Shown here one piece after another: positions 36,580-52,364 of a DNA stretch of 64,000 bases. The notes below the pieces were generated by a model. The model ran no database searches. It had not been told where the DNA came from and saw only the letters and a list, made by a program, of their open reading frames with translations. A program made the translations under genes and the position numbers. The stretch comes from Macrostomum lignano. Taxonomy: Eukaryota. Numbering within the stretch: position 1 is the stretch's first letter; every line of letters starts with the position of its first letter. The stretch is from positions 248,001 through 312,000 of the forward strand of contig NIVC01001069.1 of assembly GCA_002269645.1 (NCBI GenBank), read 5' to 3'.

Positions 36580-39500
36580 GATAGATTAGCAATCCATTCT
36601 ATAGCTTGGCAAATTAGATAGATTAGCAATCCATTTTATAGCTTGGCAATTAGATAGATTAGCAATCCATTCTATAGCTTGGCAATTAGATAGATTAGCA
36701 ATCCGTTCTATAGCTTTGCAAATTAGATAGATTAGCAATCCATTCTATAGCTTGGCAAATTAGATAGATTAGCAATCCATTCTATAGCTTTACAAATTAG
36801 ATAGATTAGCAATCCATTCTATAGCTTGGCAAATTAGATAGATTAGCAATCCATTCTATAGCTTGGCAAATTAGATAGATTAGCAATCCATTCTATAGCT
36901 TGACAAATTAGATAGATTAGCAATCCATTCTATAGCTTGGCAAATTAGATAGATTAGCAATCCATTCTATAGCTTGGCAATTAGATAGATTAGCAATCCA
37001 TTTAATAGCTTGGCAAATTAGATAGATTATCAATCCATTCTATAGCTTGGCAAATTAGATACATTAGCAATCCATTCTATAGATTGGCAATTAGATAGAT
37101 TAGCAATCCATTCTATAGCTTGGCAATTAGATAGATTAGCAATCCATTCTATAGCTTGGCAATTAGATAGATTAGCAATCCATTCTATAGCTTGACAAAT
37201 TAGATAGATTAGCAATCCATTCTAAAGCTTGACAAATTAGATAGATTAGCAATCCATTCTATAGCTTGACAAATTAGATAGATTAGCAATCCATTCTAAA
37301 GCTTGGCAAATTGGATAGATTAGCAATCCATTCTATAGCTTGGCAATTAGATAGATTAGCAATCCATTCTATAGCTTGGCAATTAGATAGATTAGCAATC
37401 CATTCTATAGCTTGGCAATTAGATAGATTAGCAATCCATTCTATAGCTTGGCAAATTAGATAGATTAGCAATCCATTCTATAGCTTGACAAATTAGATAG
37501 ATTAGCAATCCATTCTAAAGCTTGGCAAATTGGATAGATTAGCAATCCATTCTATAGCTTGGCAAATTAGATAGATTAGCAATCCATTCTATAGCTTGAC
37601 AAATTAGATAGATTAGCAATCCATTCTATAGCTTGGCAAATTAGATAGATTAGCAATCCATTCTATAGCTTGGCAATTAGATAGATTAGCAATCCATTCT
37701 ATAGCTTGGCAATTAGATAGATTAGCAATCCATTCTATAGCTTGGAAAATTGGATAGATTAGCAATCCATTCTATAGCTTGGCAAATTAGATAGATTAGC
37801 AATCCATTCTATAGCTTGGCAATTAGATAGATTAGCAATCTATTCTATAGCTTGGCAAATTAGATAGATTAGCAATCCATTCTATAGCTTGGCAAATTAG
37901 ATAGATTAGCAATCCATTCTATAGCTTGACAAATTAGATAGATTAGCAATCCATTCTATAGCTTGGCAATTAGATAGATTAGCAATCTATTCTATAGCTT
38001 GGCAAATTAGATAGATTAGCAATCCATTCTATAGCTTGGCAAATTAGATAGATTAGCAATCCATTCTATAGCTTGGCAAATTAGATAGATTAGCAATCCA
38101 TTCTATAGCTTGGCAAATTGGATAGATTAGCAATCCATTCTATAGCTTGGCAAATTGGATAGATTAGCAATCCATTCTATAGCTTGGCAATTAGATAGAT
38201 TAGCAATCCATTCTATAGCTTGGCAATTAGATAGATTAGCAATCCATTCTATAGCTTGGCAAATTAGATAGATTAGCAATCCATTCTATAGCTTGGCAAT
38301 TAGATAGATTAGCAATCCATTCTATAGCTTGGCAATTAGATAGATTAGCAATCCATTCTATAGCTTAGCAAATTAGATAGATTAGCAATCCATTCTATAG
38401 CTTGACAAATTAGATAGATTAGCAATCCATTCTATAGCTTGCCAAATTAGATAGATTAGCAATCCATTCTATAGCTTGGCAAATTAGATAGATTAGCAAT
38501 CCATTCTATAGCTTGCCAAATTAGATAGATTAGCAATCCATTCTATAGCTTGGCAATTAGATAGATTAGCAATCCATTCTATAGCTTGGCAAATTAGATA
38601 GATTAGCAATCCATTCTATAGCTTGGCAATTAGATAGATTAGCAATCCATTCTATAGCTTGGCAATTAGATAGATTAGCAATCCATTCTATAGCTTGGCA
38701 AATTAGATAGATTAGCAATCCATTCTATAGCTTGGCAATTAGATAGATTAGCAATCCATTCTATAGCTTGGCAAATTAGATAGATTAGCAATCCATTCTA
38801 TAGCTTGGCAAATTAGATAGATTAGCAATCCATTCTATAGCTTGGCAAATTAGATAGATTAGCAATCCATTCTAAAGCTTGACAAATTAGATAGATTAGC
38901 AATCCATTCTATAGCTTGACAAATTAGATAGATTAGCAATCCATTCTAAAGCTTGGCAAATTGGATAGATTAGCAATCCATTCTATAGCTTGGCAATTAG
39001 ATAGATTAGCAATCCATTCTATAGCTTGGCAATTAGATAGATTAGCAATCCATTCTATAGCTTGGCAATTAGATAGATTAGCAATCCATTCTATAGCTTG
39101 GCAAATTAGATAGATTAGCAATCCATTCTATAGCTTGACAAATTAGATAGATTAGCAATCCATTCTAAAGCTTGGCAAATTGGATAGATTAGCAATCCAT
39201 TCTATAGCTTGGCAAATTAGATAGATTAGCAATCCATTCTATAGCTTGACAAATTAGATAGATTAGCAATCCATTCTATAGCTTGGCAAATTAGATAGAT
39301 TAGCAATCCATTCTATAGCTTGGCAATTAGATAGATTAGCAATCCATTCTATAGCTTGGCAATTAGATAGATTAGCAATCCATTCTATAGCTTGGAAAAT
39401 TGGATAGATTAGCAATCCATTCTATAGCTTGGCAAATTGGATAGATTAGCAATCCATTCTATAGCTTGGCAATTAGATAGATTAGCAATCTATTCTATAG

Positions 39501-41118
39501 CTTGGCAAATTAGATAGATTAGCAATCCATTCTATAGCTTGGCAAATTAGATAGATTAGCAATCCATTCTATAGCTTGACAAATTAGATAGATTAGCAAT
39601 CCATTCTATAGCTTGGCAATTAGATAGATTAGCAATCTATTCTATAGCTTGGCAAATTAGATAGATTAGCAATCCATTCTATAGCTTGGCAAATTAGATA
39701 GATTAGCAATCCATTCTATAGCTTGGCAAATTAGATAGATTAGCAATCCATTCTATAGCTTGGCAAATTGGATAGATTAGCAATCCATTCTATAGCTTGG
39801 CAAATTGGATAGATTAGCAATCCATTCTATAGCTTGGCAATTAGATAGATTAGCAATCCATTCTATAGCTTGGCAATTAGATAGATTAGCAATCCATTCT
39901 ATAGCTTGGCAAATTAGATAGATTAGCAATCCATTCTATAGCTTGGCAATTAGATAGATTAGCAATCCATTCTATAGCTTGGCAATTAGATAGATTAGCA
40001 ATCCATTCTATAGCTTAGCAAATTAGATAGATTAGCAATCCATTCTATAGCTTGACAAATTAGATAGATTAGCAATCCATTCTATAGCTTGCCAAATTAG
40101 ATAGATTAGCAATCCATTCTATAGCTTGGCAAATTAGATAGATTAGCAATCCATTCTATAGCTTGCCAAATTAGATAGATTAGCAATCCATTCTATAGCT
40201 TGGCAATTAGATAGATTAGCAATCCATTCTATAGCTTGGCAAATTAGATAGATTAGCAATCCATTCTATAGCTTGGCAATTAGATAGATTAGCAATCCAT
40301 TCTATAGCTTGGCAATTAGATAGATTAGCAATCCATTCTATAGCTTGGCAAATTAGATAGATTAGCAATCCATTCTATAGCTTGGCAATTAGATAGATTA
40401 GCAATCCATTCTATAGCTTGGCAAATTAGATAGATTAGCAATCCATTCTATAGCTTGGCAAATTAGATAGATTAGCAATCCATTCTATAGCTTGGCAAAT
40501 TAGATAGATTAGCAATCCATTCTAAAGCTTGACAAATTAGATAGATTAGCAATCCATTCTATAGCTTGACAAATTAGATAGATTAGCAATCCATTCTATA
40601 GCTTGGCAAATTAGATAGATTAGCAATCCATTCTATAGCTTGGCAAATTAGATAGATTAGCAATCCATTCTATAGCTTGGCAATTAGATAGATTAGCAAT
40701 CCATTCTATAGCTTGGCAATTAGATAGATTAGCAATCCATTCTATAGCTTGGCAAATTGGATAGATTAGCAATCCATTCTATAGCTTGCCAAATTAGATA
40801 GATTAGCAATCCATTCTATAGCTTGGCAATTAGATAGATTAGCAATCCATTCTATAGCTTGGCAAATTGGATAGATTAGCAATCCATTCTATAGCTTGCC
40901 AAATTAGATAGATTAGCAATCCATTCTATAGCTTGGCAATTAGATAGATTAGCAATCCATTCTATAGCTTGGCAATTAGATAGATTAGCAATCCATTCTA
41001 TAGCTTGGCAATTAGATAGATTAGCAATCCATTCTATAGCTTGGCAATTAGATAGATTAGCAATCCATTCTATAGCTTGGCAAATTGGATAGATTAGCAA
41101 TCCATTTTATAGCTTGGC
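36580..41118. repeat. 36-37-bp satellite (GATTAGCAATCCATTCTATAGCTTGGCAAATTAGATA)n, ~4.5 kb
   Basis: Period 36/37; the variant pattern recurs every 1650 bp. Confidence 0.97.
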
Positions 41119-41537
41119 CAGAGTTTATTTACAATAATATTTGCGTTTTGCCGTTGATGTCAGCGCAAATTCAGCAGTTGCTCTTTTTTAGTGCAAAATC
41201 TCTTTCTGAGCAGTACTGCGCAATGAGCTCATCATAAGAAAATTAAAAAAGGTTTTTCTTGTTTCAGAGAACTATCTTTTTGAAAAATATTGGCGGATTT
41301 TATCGTCGGATTTTATCAAGGCAACAAAATAGCGTAGCTGTTGTCGCAGTTCTCCGTTATTCGGGCGCCCTAAGCCTGCCCCTATCTGATCCCTTCCTGC
41401 CTTCTGCGCGGAAGCAACGGGCTCAAATGTCAGCTGCAGTGTGAAAAACATTCGACAGAACGATATCATTACGCTTGCTAAACCCTGTCAAAATCTGGGT
41501 TAAGGTTTTGTTAAAGTCATTGTCGCTAAAACAGGAA

Positions 41538-42590
<1,053 letters not shown>

Positions 42591-43398
42591 CCCAAAAAGG
42601 ACCAAGCCATGCAGTTCATCCAGCCCAGCAGTGGCTATTTATTTCAAGTCAAGTGTCTCGAATCCAGCCTGCCGCCCAGAGCACGGCCGAAGCTATCGGT
42701 GGACGGGGCCGCCTGCCCACCTGGGGCAGGTGAGGGACGCGGTGGAGGGGAGCTCTGTTATCTTATCAGCTCACTGAAGTCGCCCGCCCATTTGCTGTTA
42801 ACAAAGTTGGAGGGGACGGAGCCGCGGGCAAAGCCAGATTCCAGCTCGCATGCAGGTATGGGGATCCCCTCGAGCTCGATGTCTGACTTACCTGTAAGCC
42901 ATGCGTTCCTCTCTACTCTGTTTTCCGTCTACCCCCTGCCGCCCCTTTCTCGCCTTCCAATTGGCTTCCGGGGCGAACATTTTTTTGTCAAGCCTTTCCA
43001 TTTTTTTCTACCAGTCGAATCGCTTGGCGTCTCTCTCTCTATTTTGCGTTTTTTGGGGCGAAAGAGCGAATGAGTGAGTGAACCACCAGCTAGTTACGAG
43101 CGTATTTCTCAACTCCGATCAAGACTCAACTCAGTACCTTCCTTACTCGCTGAGTTGACGCAAATACTCAGGCAGCCACCCCTCCTAGCACCTTGCTGGT
43201 GTCCACTTCTGCCAACTTCGCTATAAATCATTGCTGCTAGAGAAGCAACACTTTCTAATCAAACAGCGACGGTCGAAAGCAACAAAAAGCAGGCCTGCAT
43301 GCAGCTCAGTGCCGAATAAATACTATGTAAAAATAGTGCACTACTGGCCTGCTCTTTTTTACGACTTCGATAAGAGAGGCAGAGGCCGAGCCTCCAGT

Positions 43399-44443
43399 AT
43401 GGACAGAAGAAGGTGGCTGATGCTTCTGCTGCTGCTAAAACTGCTGGCACTTTATCAAGTTGAAGCTTTCGACCTTGAATCTACCGAGTCAACGTCAGAA
43501 GCAATCGGACCTTCAACCGCGTCACTGGCAGATGCTACAAGAGACTCAACCGCGTCACTGGCTGATGCTACAAGAGACTCAACCGCGTCACTGGCTGATG
43601 CTACAGGAGACTCAACCGCGTCACCGGCTGATGCTAAAAGTCGACCGACTGTCTTAACTATAGATCCTGTCAGTCCCTCGACTGCGCCACTAGTAGAAGC
43701 AGAAATTCAGTCTTTCGAATCACCGCTAGAAGCAATTGTACTTTTACTAGCGCCTCGTTACGAACCGCTCAGAGAGTTAGCCAGCCCGTTAGAACTGCTC
43801 AACGCCACACTGGACATTGCTCTAACCAACGAAGTGGTGCGCTCTCTGCCAGTTCGACTTAAAAAACGATCGCACGAGCTCGGCTGCGACTTCTCCGACT
43901 CGATGCGACGAATTATCAAATTAAACTGTCCGCCGAGTAGCGACAAGCAGGCCAGGGTGATCGTCGGCCCGCTCTGCTCCTACGCGGTGAACAACGTGTT
44001 CCTCTGGTTCCGACTGAAGAGCGACGCCCTGATTACCGCCGGCGCTAATTCGGTCAGCTTCGACGAGGCACAGTACTCGGAGCTGATTCGCATTGGTACA
44101 ACAGCAGAGCACGATATGAACGCACTGTTGGCAGCATTTCGCCAAATTCCGGCCTCGGCTGGCCTGAGCCCCTGGCGAAGAATGCTGTTCGTCTACCAGG
44201 ACATCATGCGACCGCTGGCTTCCATGTCTAAGCCGAGGAAGGAGCCCTGGTACTACGTCGACAACATCCAGTGCAAGAATGTGTTTAACGCGCTGAAGTA
44301 CCACTTCAAAGGTCGACAAGATTATATATTTGAATCGTTTGGAGTCAATTCAAATGTCAAAGAGGACAAGAAACAGTCAAGTCAAGAGAAGGACGCCGTT
44401 TTTAATAATATCCTCCTGTCTAAGGTTGGAAACCGTCTATCTG
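43399..44443 (+). CDS. ANF-receptor cassette 2 (single exon, 348 codons)
   Basis: MDRRRWLMLLLLLKLLALYQVEA signal peptide; Ser/Thr/Ala repeat stalk; AIVLLLAP...TLDIAL...LGCDFS...VIVGPLCSYAV...LITAGA..VSF....ELIRIG...WRRMLFVY. Ends NILLSKVGNRLS with phase-1 donor G|GTGAGT at 44444. Confidence 0.88.
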
Positions 44444-45169
44444 GTGAGTGACTCATTGATGAGCTCCGGCTTCAGCATCTGAAGATGTCGCTTAATGTTT
44501 TGGGTTTGGTATACCCATGTCAGTTATAGGGTTTAAGAACAGGGGGTAGGGTGGCTCTTTGACTGTTAAGAGCAAGATGGTGTCGTCAGTAGTCCACTGA
44601 CTGATGTACATCTACAGAGGAAGGGGCAGCGATGTGACAAACTGATGTACATCTACAGAGGAAGGGGTAGCGATGGCTCCTCACAAACTGATGTACATCT
44701 ACAGAGGAAGGGGTAGTGATGGCTCCTCACTGAATGATGTACATCTGAAGTGCTCTCTACAAGTTTTAAAAAAGAACTGGTCTAATCTAATCCAGAGTAC
44801 GAGATACTTTGCTCTTCTAAATTTTTCAACTTCAAAGAGAAGATTCCGATTCAACGAATTTTCCATTCAAAAAAGATTTAACCGGATCAGCCACTTCAAC
44901 CCATTTGAAGCGGCTGCACTTTTCCTACTCGAAGTTCAAGCGGCCGAATTCGCAAATTAATTAATACGCAATTTTCGGCTTCGTTTTCGGACAGACAGAA
45001 ATCCTGCTCTTTGTCGGCAGGCATAAATTTCTGGCAAATTTTCGATAGGGTTTTAATTTGTATAAAATTTCCGACAGACTTATGGAGCTGTGTAGGTTGG
45101 CTCTCCATATCCATATTCCAGACATGGTGGGCAACCTCTATCGCTTTCGAAATTTTAGTATTGGAGAGT

Positions 45170-47590
45170 GACTTTCCATCCATTAGCCATGGAGAGTGAC
45201 TTTCCATCAATTAGCCATGGAGAGTGACTTTCCATCAATTAGTCATGGAGAGTGACTTTCCATCAATTAGTCATGGAGAGTGACTTTCCATCAATTAGTC
45301 ATAGAGAGTGACTTCCTGTTCCTTAGCCATGGAGAGTGACTTTCTGTTCCTTATTCATGGAGAGTAATTTCTATTCCTTAGTCATGGAGAGTGACTTTCT
45401 GTTCCTTAGTCATGGAGAGTGACTTTCTGTTCCTTAGTCATGGAGAGTGACTTTCTGTTCCTTAGTCATGGAGAGTGATTTCTATTCCTTAGTCATAGAG
45501 AGTGACTTTCTGTTCCTTAGTCATGGAGAGTGACTTTCTATCAATGAGTCATGGAGAGTGAATTTCTATTTCTTAGTCATGGAGAGTGACTTTCTGTCCC
45601 TTAGTCATGGAGAGTGAATTTCTATTCCTTGGTCATGGAGAGTGACTTTCTATTCCTTAGTCATGGAGAGTGACTTTCTATTCCTTAGTCATGGAGAGTG
45701 ACTTTCTATTCCTTAGTCATGGAGAGTGACTTTCTATTCCTTAGTCATGGAGAGTGACTTTCTATCAATGAGTCATGGAGAGTGAATTTCTATTCCTTAG
45801 TCATGAAGAGTGACTTTCTATTCCTTAGTCATGGAGAGTGACTTTCTATGATCCTTAGTCATGGAGAGTGACTTTCTATGATCCTTAGTCATGGAGAGTG
45901 ACTTTCTATGATCCTTAGTCATGGAGAGTGACTTTCTATTCCTTAGTCATGGAGAGTGACTTTCTATGATCCTTAGTCATGGAGAGTGACTTTCTATGAT
46001 CCTTAGTCATGGAGAGTGACTTTCTATGATCCTTAGTCATGGAGAGTGACTTTCTATGATCCTTAGTCATGGAGAGTGACTTTCTATTCCTTAGTCATGG
46101 AGAGTGACTTTCTATTCCTTAGTCATGGAGAGTGCCTTCTATCAATAAGTCATGGAGAGTGACTTTCTGTTCCTTAGTCATGGAGAGTGACTTTCTATTC
46201 CTTAGTCATGGAGAGTGACTTTCTATTTCTTAGTCATGGAGAGTGACTTTCTATTCCTTAGTCATGGAGAGTGACTTTCTATCCCTTATTCATGGAGAGT
46301 GACTTTCTATTCCTTAGTCATGGAGAGTGACTTTCTATCCCTTAGTCATGGAGAGTGAATTTCTATTCCTTAGTCATGGAGAGTGACTTTCTATTCCTTA
46401 GTCATGGAGAGTGACTTTCTATTTCTTAGTCATGGAGAGTGACCTTCTATTCCTTAGTCATGGAGAGTGAATTTCTATCCCTTAGTCATGGAGAGTGAAT
46501 TTCTATTCCTTAGTCATGGAGAGTGACTTTCTATGATCCTTAGTCATGGAGAGTGACTTTCTATTTCTTAGTCATGGAGAGTGACTTTCTATTTCTTAGT
46601 CATGGAGAGTGACTTTCTGTTCCTTAGTCATGGAGAGTGCCTTCTATCAGTGAGTCATGGAGAGTGACTTTTTATCAATTAGTCATGGAGAGTGCCTTCT
46701 ATCAGTGAGTCATGGAGAGTGACTTCTATCAATGAGTCATGGAGAGTGCCTTCTATCAATGAGTCATGGAGAGTGCCTTCTATCAATGAGTCATGGAGAG
46801 TGCCTTCTATCAATGAGTCATGGAGAGTGCCTTCTATCAATGAGTCATGGAGAGTGCCTTCTATCAATGAGTCATGGAGAGTGCCTTCTATCAATGAGTC
46901 ATGGAGAGTGACTTTCTGTTCCTTATTCATGGAGAGTGCCTTCTATCAGTGAGTCATGGAGAGTGACTTTTTATCAATGAGCCATGGAGAGTGCCTTCTA
47001 TCAATGAGTCATGGAGAGTGCCTTCTATTCCTTAGTCATGGAGAGTGCCTTCTATCAGTGAGTCATGGAGAGTGACTTTTTATCAATTAGCCATGGAGAG
47101 TGCCTTCTATCAATGAGTCATGGAGAGTGCCTTCTATTCCTTAGTCATGGAGAGTGCCTTCTATCAGTGAGTCATGGAGAGTGACTTTCTATTCCTTAGT
47201 CATGGAGAGTGCCTTCTATCAATGAGTCATGGAGAGTGACTTTCTGTTCCTTAGTCATGGAGAGTGCCTTCTATCAGTGAGTCATGGAGAGTGACTTTCT
47301 GTTCCTTAGTCATGGAGAGTGCCTTCTATCAGTGAGTCATGGAGAGTGACTTTTTATCAATTAGCCATGGAGAGTGCCTTCTATCAATGAGTCATGGAGA
47401 GTGACTTTCTGTTCCTTAGTCATGGAGAGTGCCTTCTATCAGTGAGTCATGGAGAGTGACTTTCTGTTCCTTAGTCATGGAGAGTGCCTTCTATCAGTGA
47501 GTCATGGAGAGTGACTTTCTGTTCCTTAGTCATGGAGAGTGCCTTCTATCAATGAGTCATGGAGAGTGACTTTCTGTTCCTTATTCATGA
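45170..47590. repeat. 28-bp minisatellite (TCATGGAGAGTGACTTTCTATTCCTTAG)n
   Basis: Period about 28 with several sub-variants. Confidence 0.96.
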
Positions 47591-48119
47591 ATGGTGACTT
47601 TCCATCACACAAACATATAAAGTATAAAAGCAATATGCCTTCAAGATGACATGCTCACAGATCGGGTATGCACTTGAGTCAGCTCAGGATTGAGTGCAAT
47701 TGGACTCAAACTGAATTTTACAATATGAAATCCAGTCCAATTTCGGGGAATAATAAACTAATAAATCAAATGAATCAGCTAGTCTGCCAACAAAAAAGAC
47801 AAAATTATTTTTTCCTCAATCAAGTTTAAAAGCTTGATATGATAGTTGGAGAAGAGCCAGTTAAAGGGTGGAATCACGAATTCACAATTTTTTTCATAGC
47901 GTTTTGTCAAATAAATTGCACAAATACAGATTCGTATTTTCGCGCATTCCTACTAAGCTATAAGTAGGCAGTGGAGAACATTTAATCTGCAGTGAATCTA
48001 CTCTCCTAACAATTTGGGGTTTTTCGGGGTTTCGCTCAATTATACCTTTTTAAGTTAGTCTTCAGCCTAACAGCCTAACGTAGTCTTCAGTTCGCATAGC
48101 ATAGTCGTATGCGAACAAG

Positions 48120-48660
48120 AGGGCAGAGGGTAGAGGAAGGAAAGTAGAGGGTAGAGGTAGAGCGTAGACAGTAAAGTAGAGGGTAGCTTTACCCTCAGGG
48201 TAGAGGGTAGAGGGTATAGAGGGTAGATGATAGAGGGTAGAGGGTAGAGCGTAGACAGTTGAGTAGAGGGTACAGGGTAGAGCGTAAACAGTAGAGTAGA
48301 GGGTAAAGGGTAGCTTTACCCTCAGGGTAGAGGGTAGAGAGTAGAGGGTAGAGGGTAGAAGGTAGCTTTACCCTCAGGGTAGAAGGTAGAGGGTATAGAG
48401 GGTAGATGATAGAGGGTAGAGGGTAGAGCGTAGACAGTAGAGAGTAGAGAGTAGAGGGTAGAGGGTAGAGCGTAGACAGTAGAGAGTAGAGAGTAGAGGG
48501 TAGAGGGTAGAGGGTAGAGAGTAAATAGTAGAGTAGAGGGTAGAGGGTAGAGCGTAGACAGTAGAGAGTAGAGAGTAGAGGATAGAGGGTAGAGAGTAGA
48601 GGGTAGATGGTAGATGATAGAGAGTAGAAGGTAGAGGGTAGAGGTTAGAGGGTAGCTTTA
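48120..48660. repeat. (GTAGAGG)n-type repeat
   Basis: Degenerate 7-mer run. Confidence 0.88.
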
Positions 48661-49654
48661 CCCGCCAAAAGCTAGCCGAGTTCACTTATTCAGTTTACGA
48701 TCTATTGAATCAAACTGTATTGAAACGCGAGTAGCCAAGGTTAGCACCTGATACCTAAAGTGTTCATTCAATTCTCATATCTTTGGGTCAATCCATCCTT
48801 AAATGAGTCGGTTCAGTTTCGCTTGCAGTCTTGCAGTCAGCAGAGACAAGGACATCTGCAGCCTGCTGCCGATGCCCCAGTCCTTCTTTACTAGTTAAAT
48901 ATTTCCTTTTCTACGAACGAACCAACAGAGGGAACAGAGGACTGGGACTGCTAAGAGTATGTTTGACCAGAAACCCCTCCTCCCATCCAGCTTCCACATT
49001 CTGCTCTTTCTTCCCCACATCTTTCTGTGTGTGGTTTCTTTCGGGAAAAATTTTTCCCAAACTCGAATTGCTTCGGTTTCTTAAACACCCACCTGGGGTT
49101 ATTTACCGTTCACGAGGAGCCCTGAAATTAGTGACTTTTGGTACTTTTGATGCTGCGCTGACCCTCAGCACCTCATAAATTGTGAGCTTACAGATTAATC
49201 CAGACTCGAACCCGTAGAAGGCAAGCAATCATGGCTAAACTTGGCCATTTCTGTAACAGAATATCCTTAATCTTTTTCTTAGGCTTTTTTGCCTAAGGCG
49301 ATTGACAACTGCTCTTTGGGATGAAGGGCAGGGGACTTGAGATATTGCATGACTAGAGGAGGCTGAGGCCGCTCCAGACCGATGACATATTGAATTGACT
49401 TTGGCCAGCACTTTTGCAAAGAAAATTGTTTGCACAGACTAAAATGTTAGAGAAGACGATTTCTGGGACACAGAAAATCTCAAGGAAGTCACGAGCGAGC
49501 GGACAGGAAGATGATAAGAGAGGCACTCGCAGACAGGGTTGTTAGGGCGTTTCGGACTGAGTTCCTTCTTGGACTTTGTCAGTCAGCTGGGTTACGGTTA
49601 ATCCTTGCTGGGTTTTTTGGTTTCTGCTGAGGCTCCATTTAGTTGATTTTGTCC

Positions 49655-50275
49655 CTCAGTTGGTAGATTTTGTCTCCTAATTGGTAGATTTTGTCTCCTA
49701 ATTGGTAGATTTTGTCTCCTAATTAGTAGATTTTGTCTCCTAATTGGTAGATTTTGTCTCCTAATTGGTAGATTTTGTCTCCTAATGGGTAGATTTTTCT
49801 CCTAATTGGTAGATTTTGTCTCCTAATTGGTAGATTTTGTCTCCTAATTGGTAGATTTTGTCCCCCAGTTGGTAGATTTTGTCTCCTAATTGGTAGATTT
49901 TGTCTCCTAATTGGTAGATTTTGTCTCCTAATTGGTAGATTTTGTCCCCCAGTTGGTAGATTTTGTCTCCTAATTGGTAGATTTTGTCTCCTAATTGGTA
50001 GATTTTTCTCCTAATTGGTAGATTTTGTCTCCTAATTGGTAGATTTTGTCTCCTAATTGGTAGATTTTGTCTCCTAATTGGTAGATTTTGTCCCCCAGTT
50101 GGTAGATTTTGTCTCCTAATGGGTAGATTTTGTCTCCTAATTGGTAGATTTTGTCTCCTAATTGGTAGATTTTGTCCCCCAGTTGGTAGATTTTGTCTCC
50201 TAATGGGTAGATTTTTCTCCTAATTGGTAGATTTTGTCTCCTAATTGGTAGATTTTGTCTCCTAATTACTAGATA
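49655..50275. repeat. 21-bp minisatellite (TTGGTAGATTTTGTCTCCTAA)n
   Basis: Period 21. Confidence 0.96.
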
Positions 50276-51045
50276 TTGTCTTGAGTTTACAAGCAGGACT
50301 TCTTTAGTCTATAATGCAGGAAACTCAGCAAAAGCACTGTATTTTGTTTAGTAACCAACTGACTCACACTTAACTGTATGTTAAACCTCTGCTAACACAA
50401 TCGGGTACTCGTGGGCCCTCAACTCCACTTAGAGGCATAGTGAATCAATATAGATAAGATTAATAAAAAATTACCTGCACTAATAACTTCACTAATATTG
50501 GTTAAAAACGAATCGCTAGCTCAGCTCCGAGCATAGCTAAGTTTAATTTTTCGAGATAAACCTTATATTTATTAGTGGATATTTCTCGAATGCTCCACCA
50601 AGCAATTCCTTACTCTCTCTCCCCTACCCTCCAACCCCCCCTCTGGTGGAGTTGGCTGGGTCAACGGGGGTTGGTTGGCTGTTGGGGCGCCCTGGTCACC
50701 GCCTCCCCAAAGATAGGGCAGGGGGGCCTCTTGTTGGTTTAAGGGCAAGGCAAGAAAGAAACCTGCCTTTGCAAACAGCCGCAAAAGCAACTTTATAAAC
50801 GCCCCAACGCAAGTTTTTTAATGCCAAGAACACAGACCTGAGACCAAAAACAGTCCCTATTTTAAGAGTTCAAGCCAGTTCTATTGGCTCGAACAGCTTC
50901 TTACAAGCAAAAGTAGCGCAATTCTCCTTCCCTAACTTTGGTGTTTGTTTCTTTCGAAAATTCTTTGAAAGATCAACAGCCTGGCAGTTATGACAGAGCG
51001 CCATCGCGTATTTTATTAGCCGAACCCATTACCTATTGAGTAAGT

Positions 51046-51383
51046 ATGCAAAAGCAAACGCTATTGCTGCTTCCACTGCTGATTCTGTTGGATTGTCCGG
51101 CCGAAGTCAAAGCGGAGCAGTTCCGCCTGTTGTGCCTGCTGCCTCAGGACAGCCCCTACCAGTTCGACCACAGCCTGGTCGCCCCCAGCACCGACCTGGT
51201 GATGGACAGCCTGACTGCGCGAGGTCTCAACAAGCACTTCAGTCTGAACATCAGCTTCGAGAATTCCACCTGTTCGAACAGGGCCGCCCTGCCGGCCATG
51301 GAGTACTATTACTCTGGCCGGGTGGACGGCTTCCTTGGCCTGGCCTGTCCGGAAAGTTGCAGCCAAGTCGTCCAGTATTCGGG
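51046..51383 (+). CDS. ANF-receptor cassette 3, exon 1
   Basis: MQKQTLLLLPLLILLDCPAEVKA signal peptide; RLLCLLPQDSPYQFDHSLVAPSTDLVM...NISFENSTCS..AAL.AM...RVDGFLGLACPESC; phase-2 donor GG|GTGAGG. Confidence 0.88.
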
Positions 51384-51635
51384 GTGAGGAGTCCTTGAAG
51401 TCCTTGAATGTACTTTGATGGTCGAAAAAGTTCTTACCAAAATCCACACCTCATCCATTGCCGATAGCCTCAGAAACTTTTATCCACATTAGTGGCTTAA
51501 CCCAGTCCCCATTAATTCCCCCCATTTAGTCCCCGAGCTGTCAAATGAGAACCCAATTCATTAAAAAACAAAATTTTCGAAAAACACAGGCCGCTACAGG
51601 GACTGCTGAAACAGAAGGACCATGTACTGGGGCGC

Positions 51636-52162
51636 TTTCATATCTCCGACACTTCATATCTCCGACACTTCATATCTCCGACACTTCATATCTCCGACAC
51701 TTCACATCTCCGACATTTCATATCTCCGACACTTCATATCTCCGACACTTCATATCTCCGACACTTCATATCTCTGTCACTTCATATCTCCGACACTTCA
51801 TATCTCTGTCACTTCATATCTCCGACACTTCATATCTCCGACACTTCATATCTCCGACATTTCATATCTCCGACACTTCATATCTCCGACACTTCACATC
51901 TCCGACATTTCATATCTCCGACACTTCATATCTCCGACACTTCACATCTCCGACATTTCATATCTCCGACACTTCATATCTCCGACATTTCATATCTCTG
52001 TCACTTCATATCTCCGACACTTCATATCTCCGACACTTCATATCTCTGTCACTTCATATCTCCGACACTTCATATCTCTGTCACTTCATATCTCCGACAT
52101 TTCATATCTCCGACACTTCATATCTCCGACACTTCATATCTCTGACACTTCCTATCTCCGAC
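51636..52162. repeat. 16-bp minisatellite (TTCATATCTCCGACAC)n
   Basis: Period 16; a degenerate inverted copy follows at about 52184-52260. Confidence 0.95.
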
Positions 52163-52364
52163 AAGCTTAACCCCTATGCCTAAGATATGAAGTGTCGGAT
52201 GTATGAAACTTCGGATATGTACAACGTTGAAAGTATGACATTTCGGAGATGTAAAACCCTCATTGGGAGCGGTTGTTTACGCTGCCACGAAATTGTGTGC
52301 CACAAAAAAGTTGACCTCACGCACACAGCAACCTTTTTTGACTTTTGTCTGTAAGAACTCGTTT

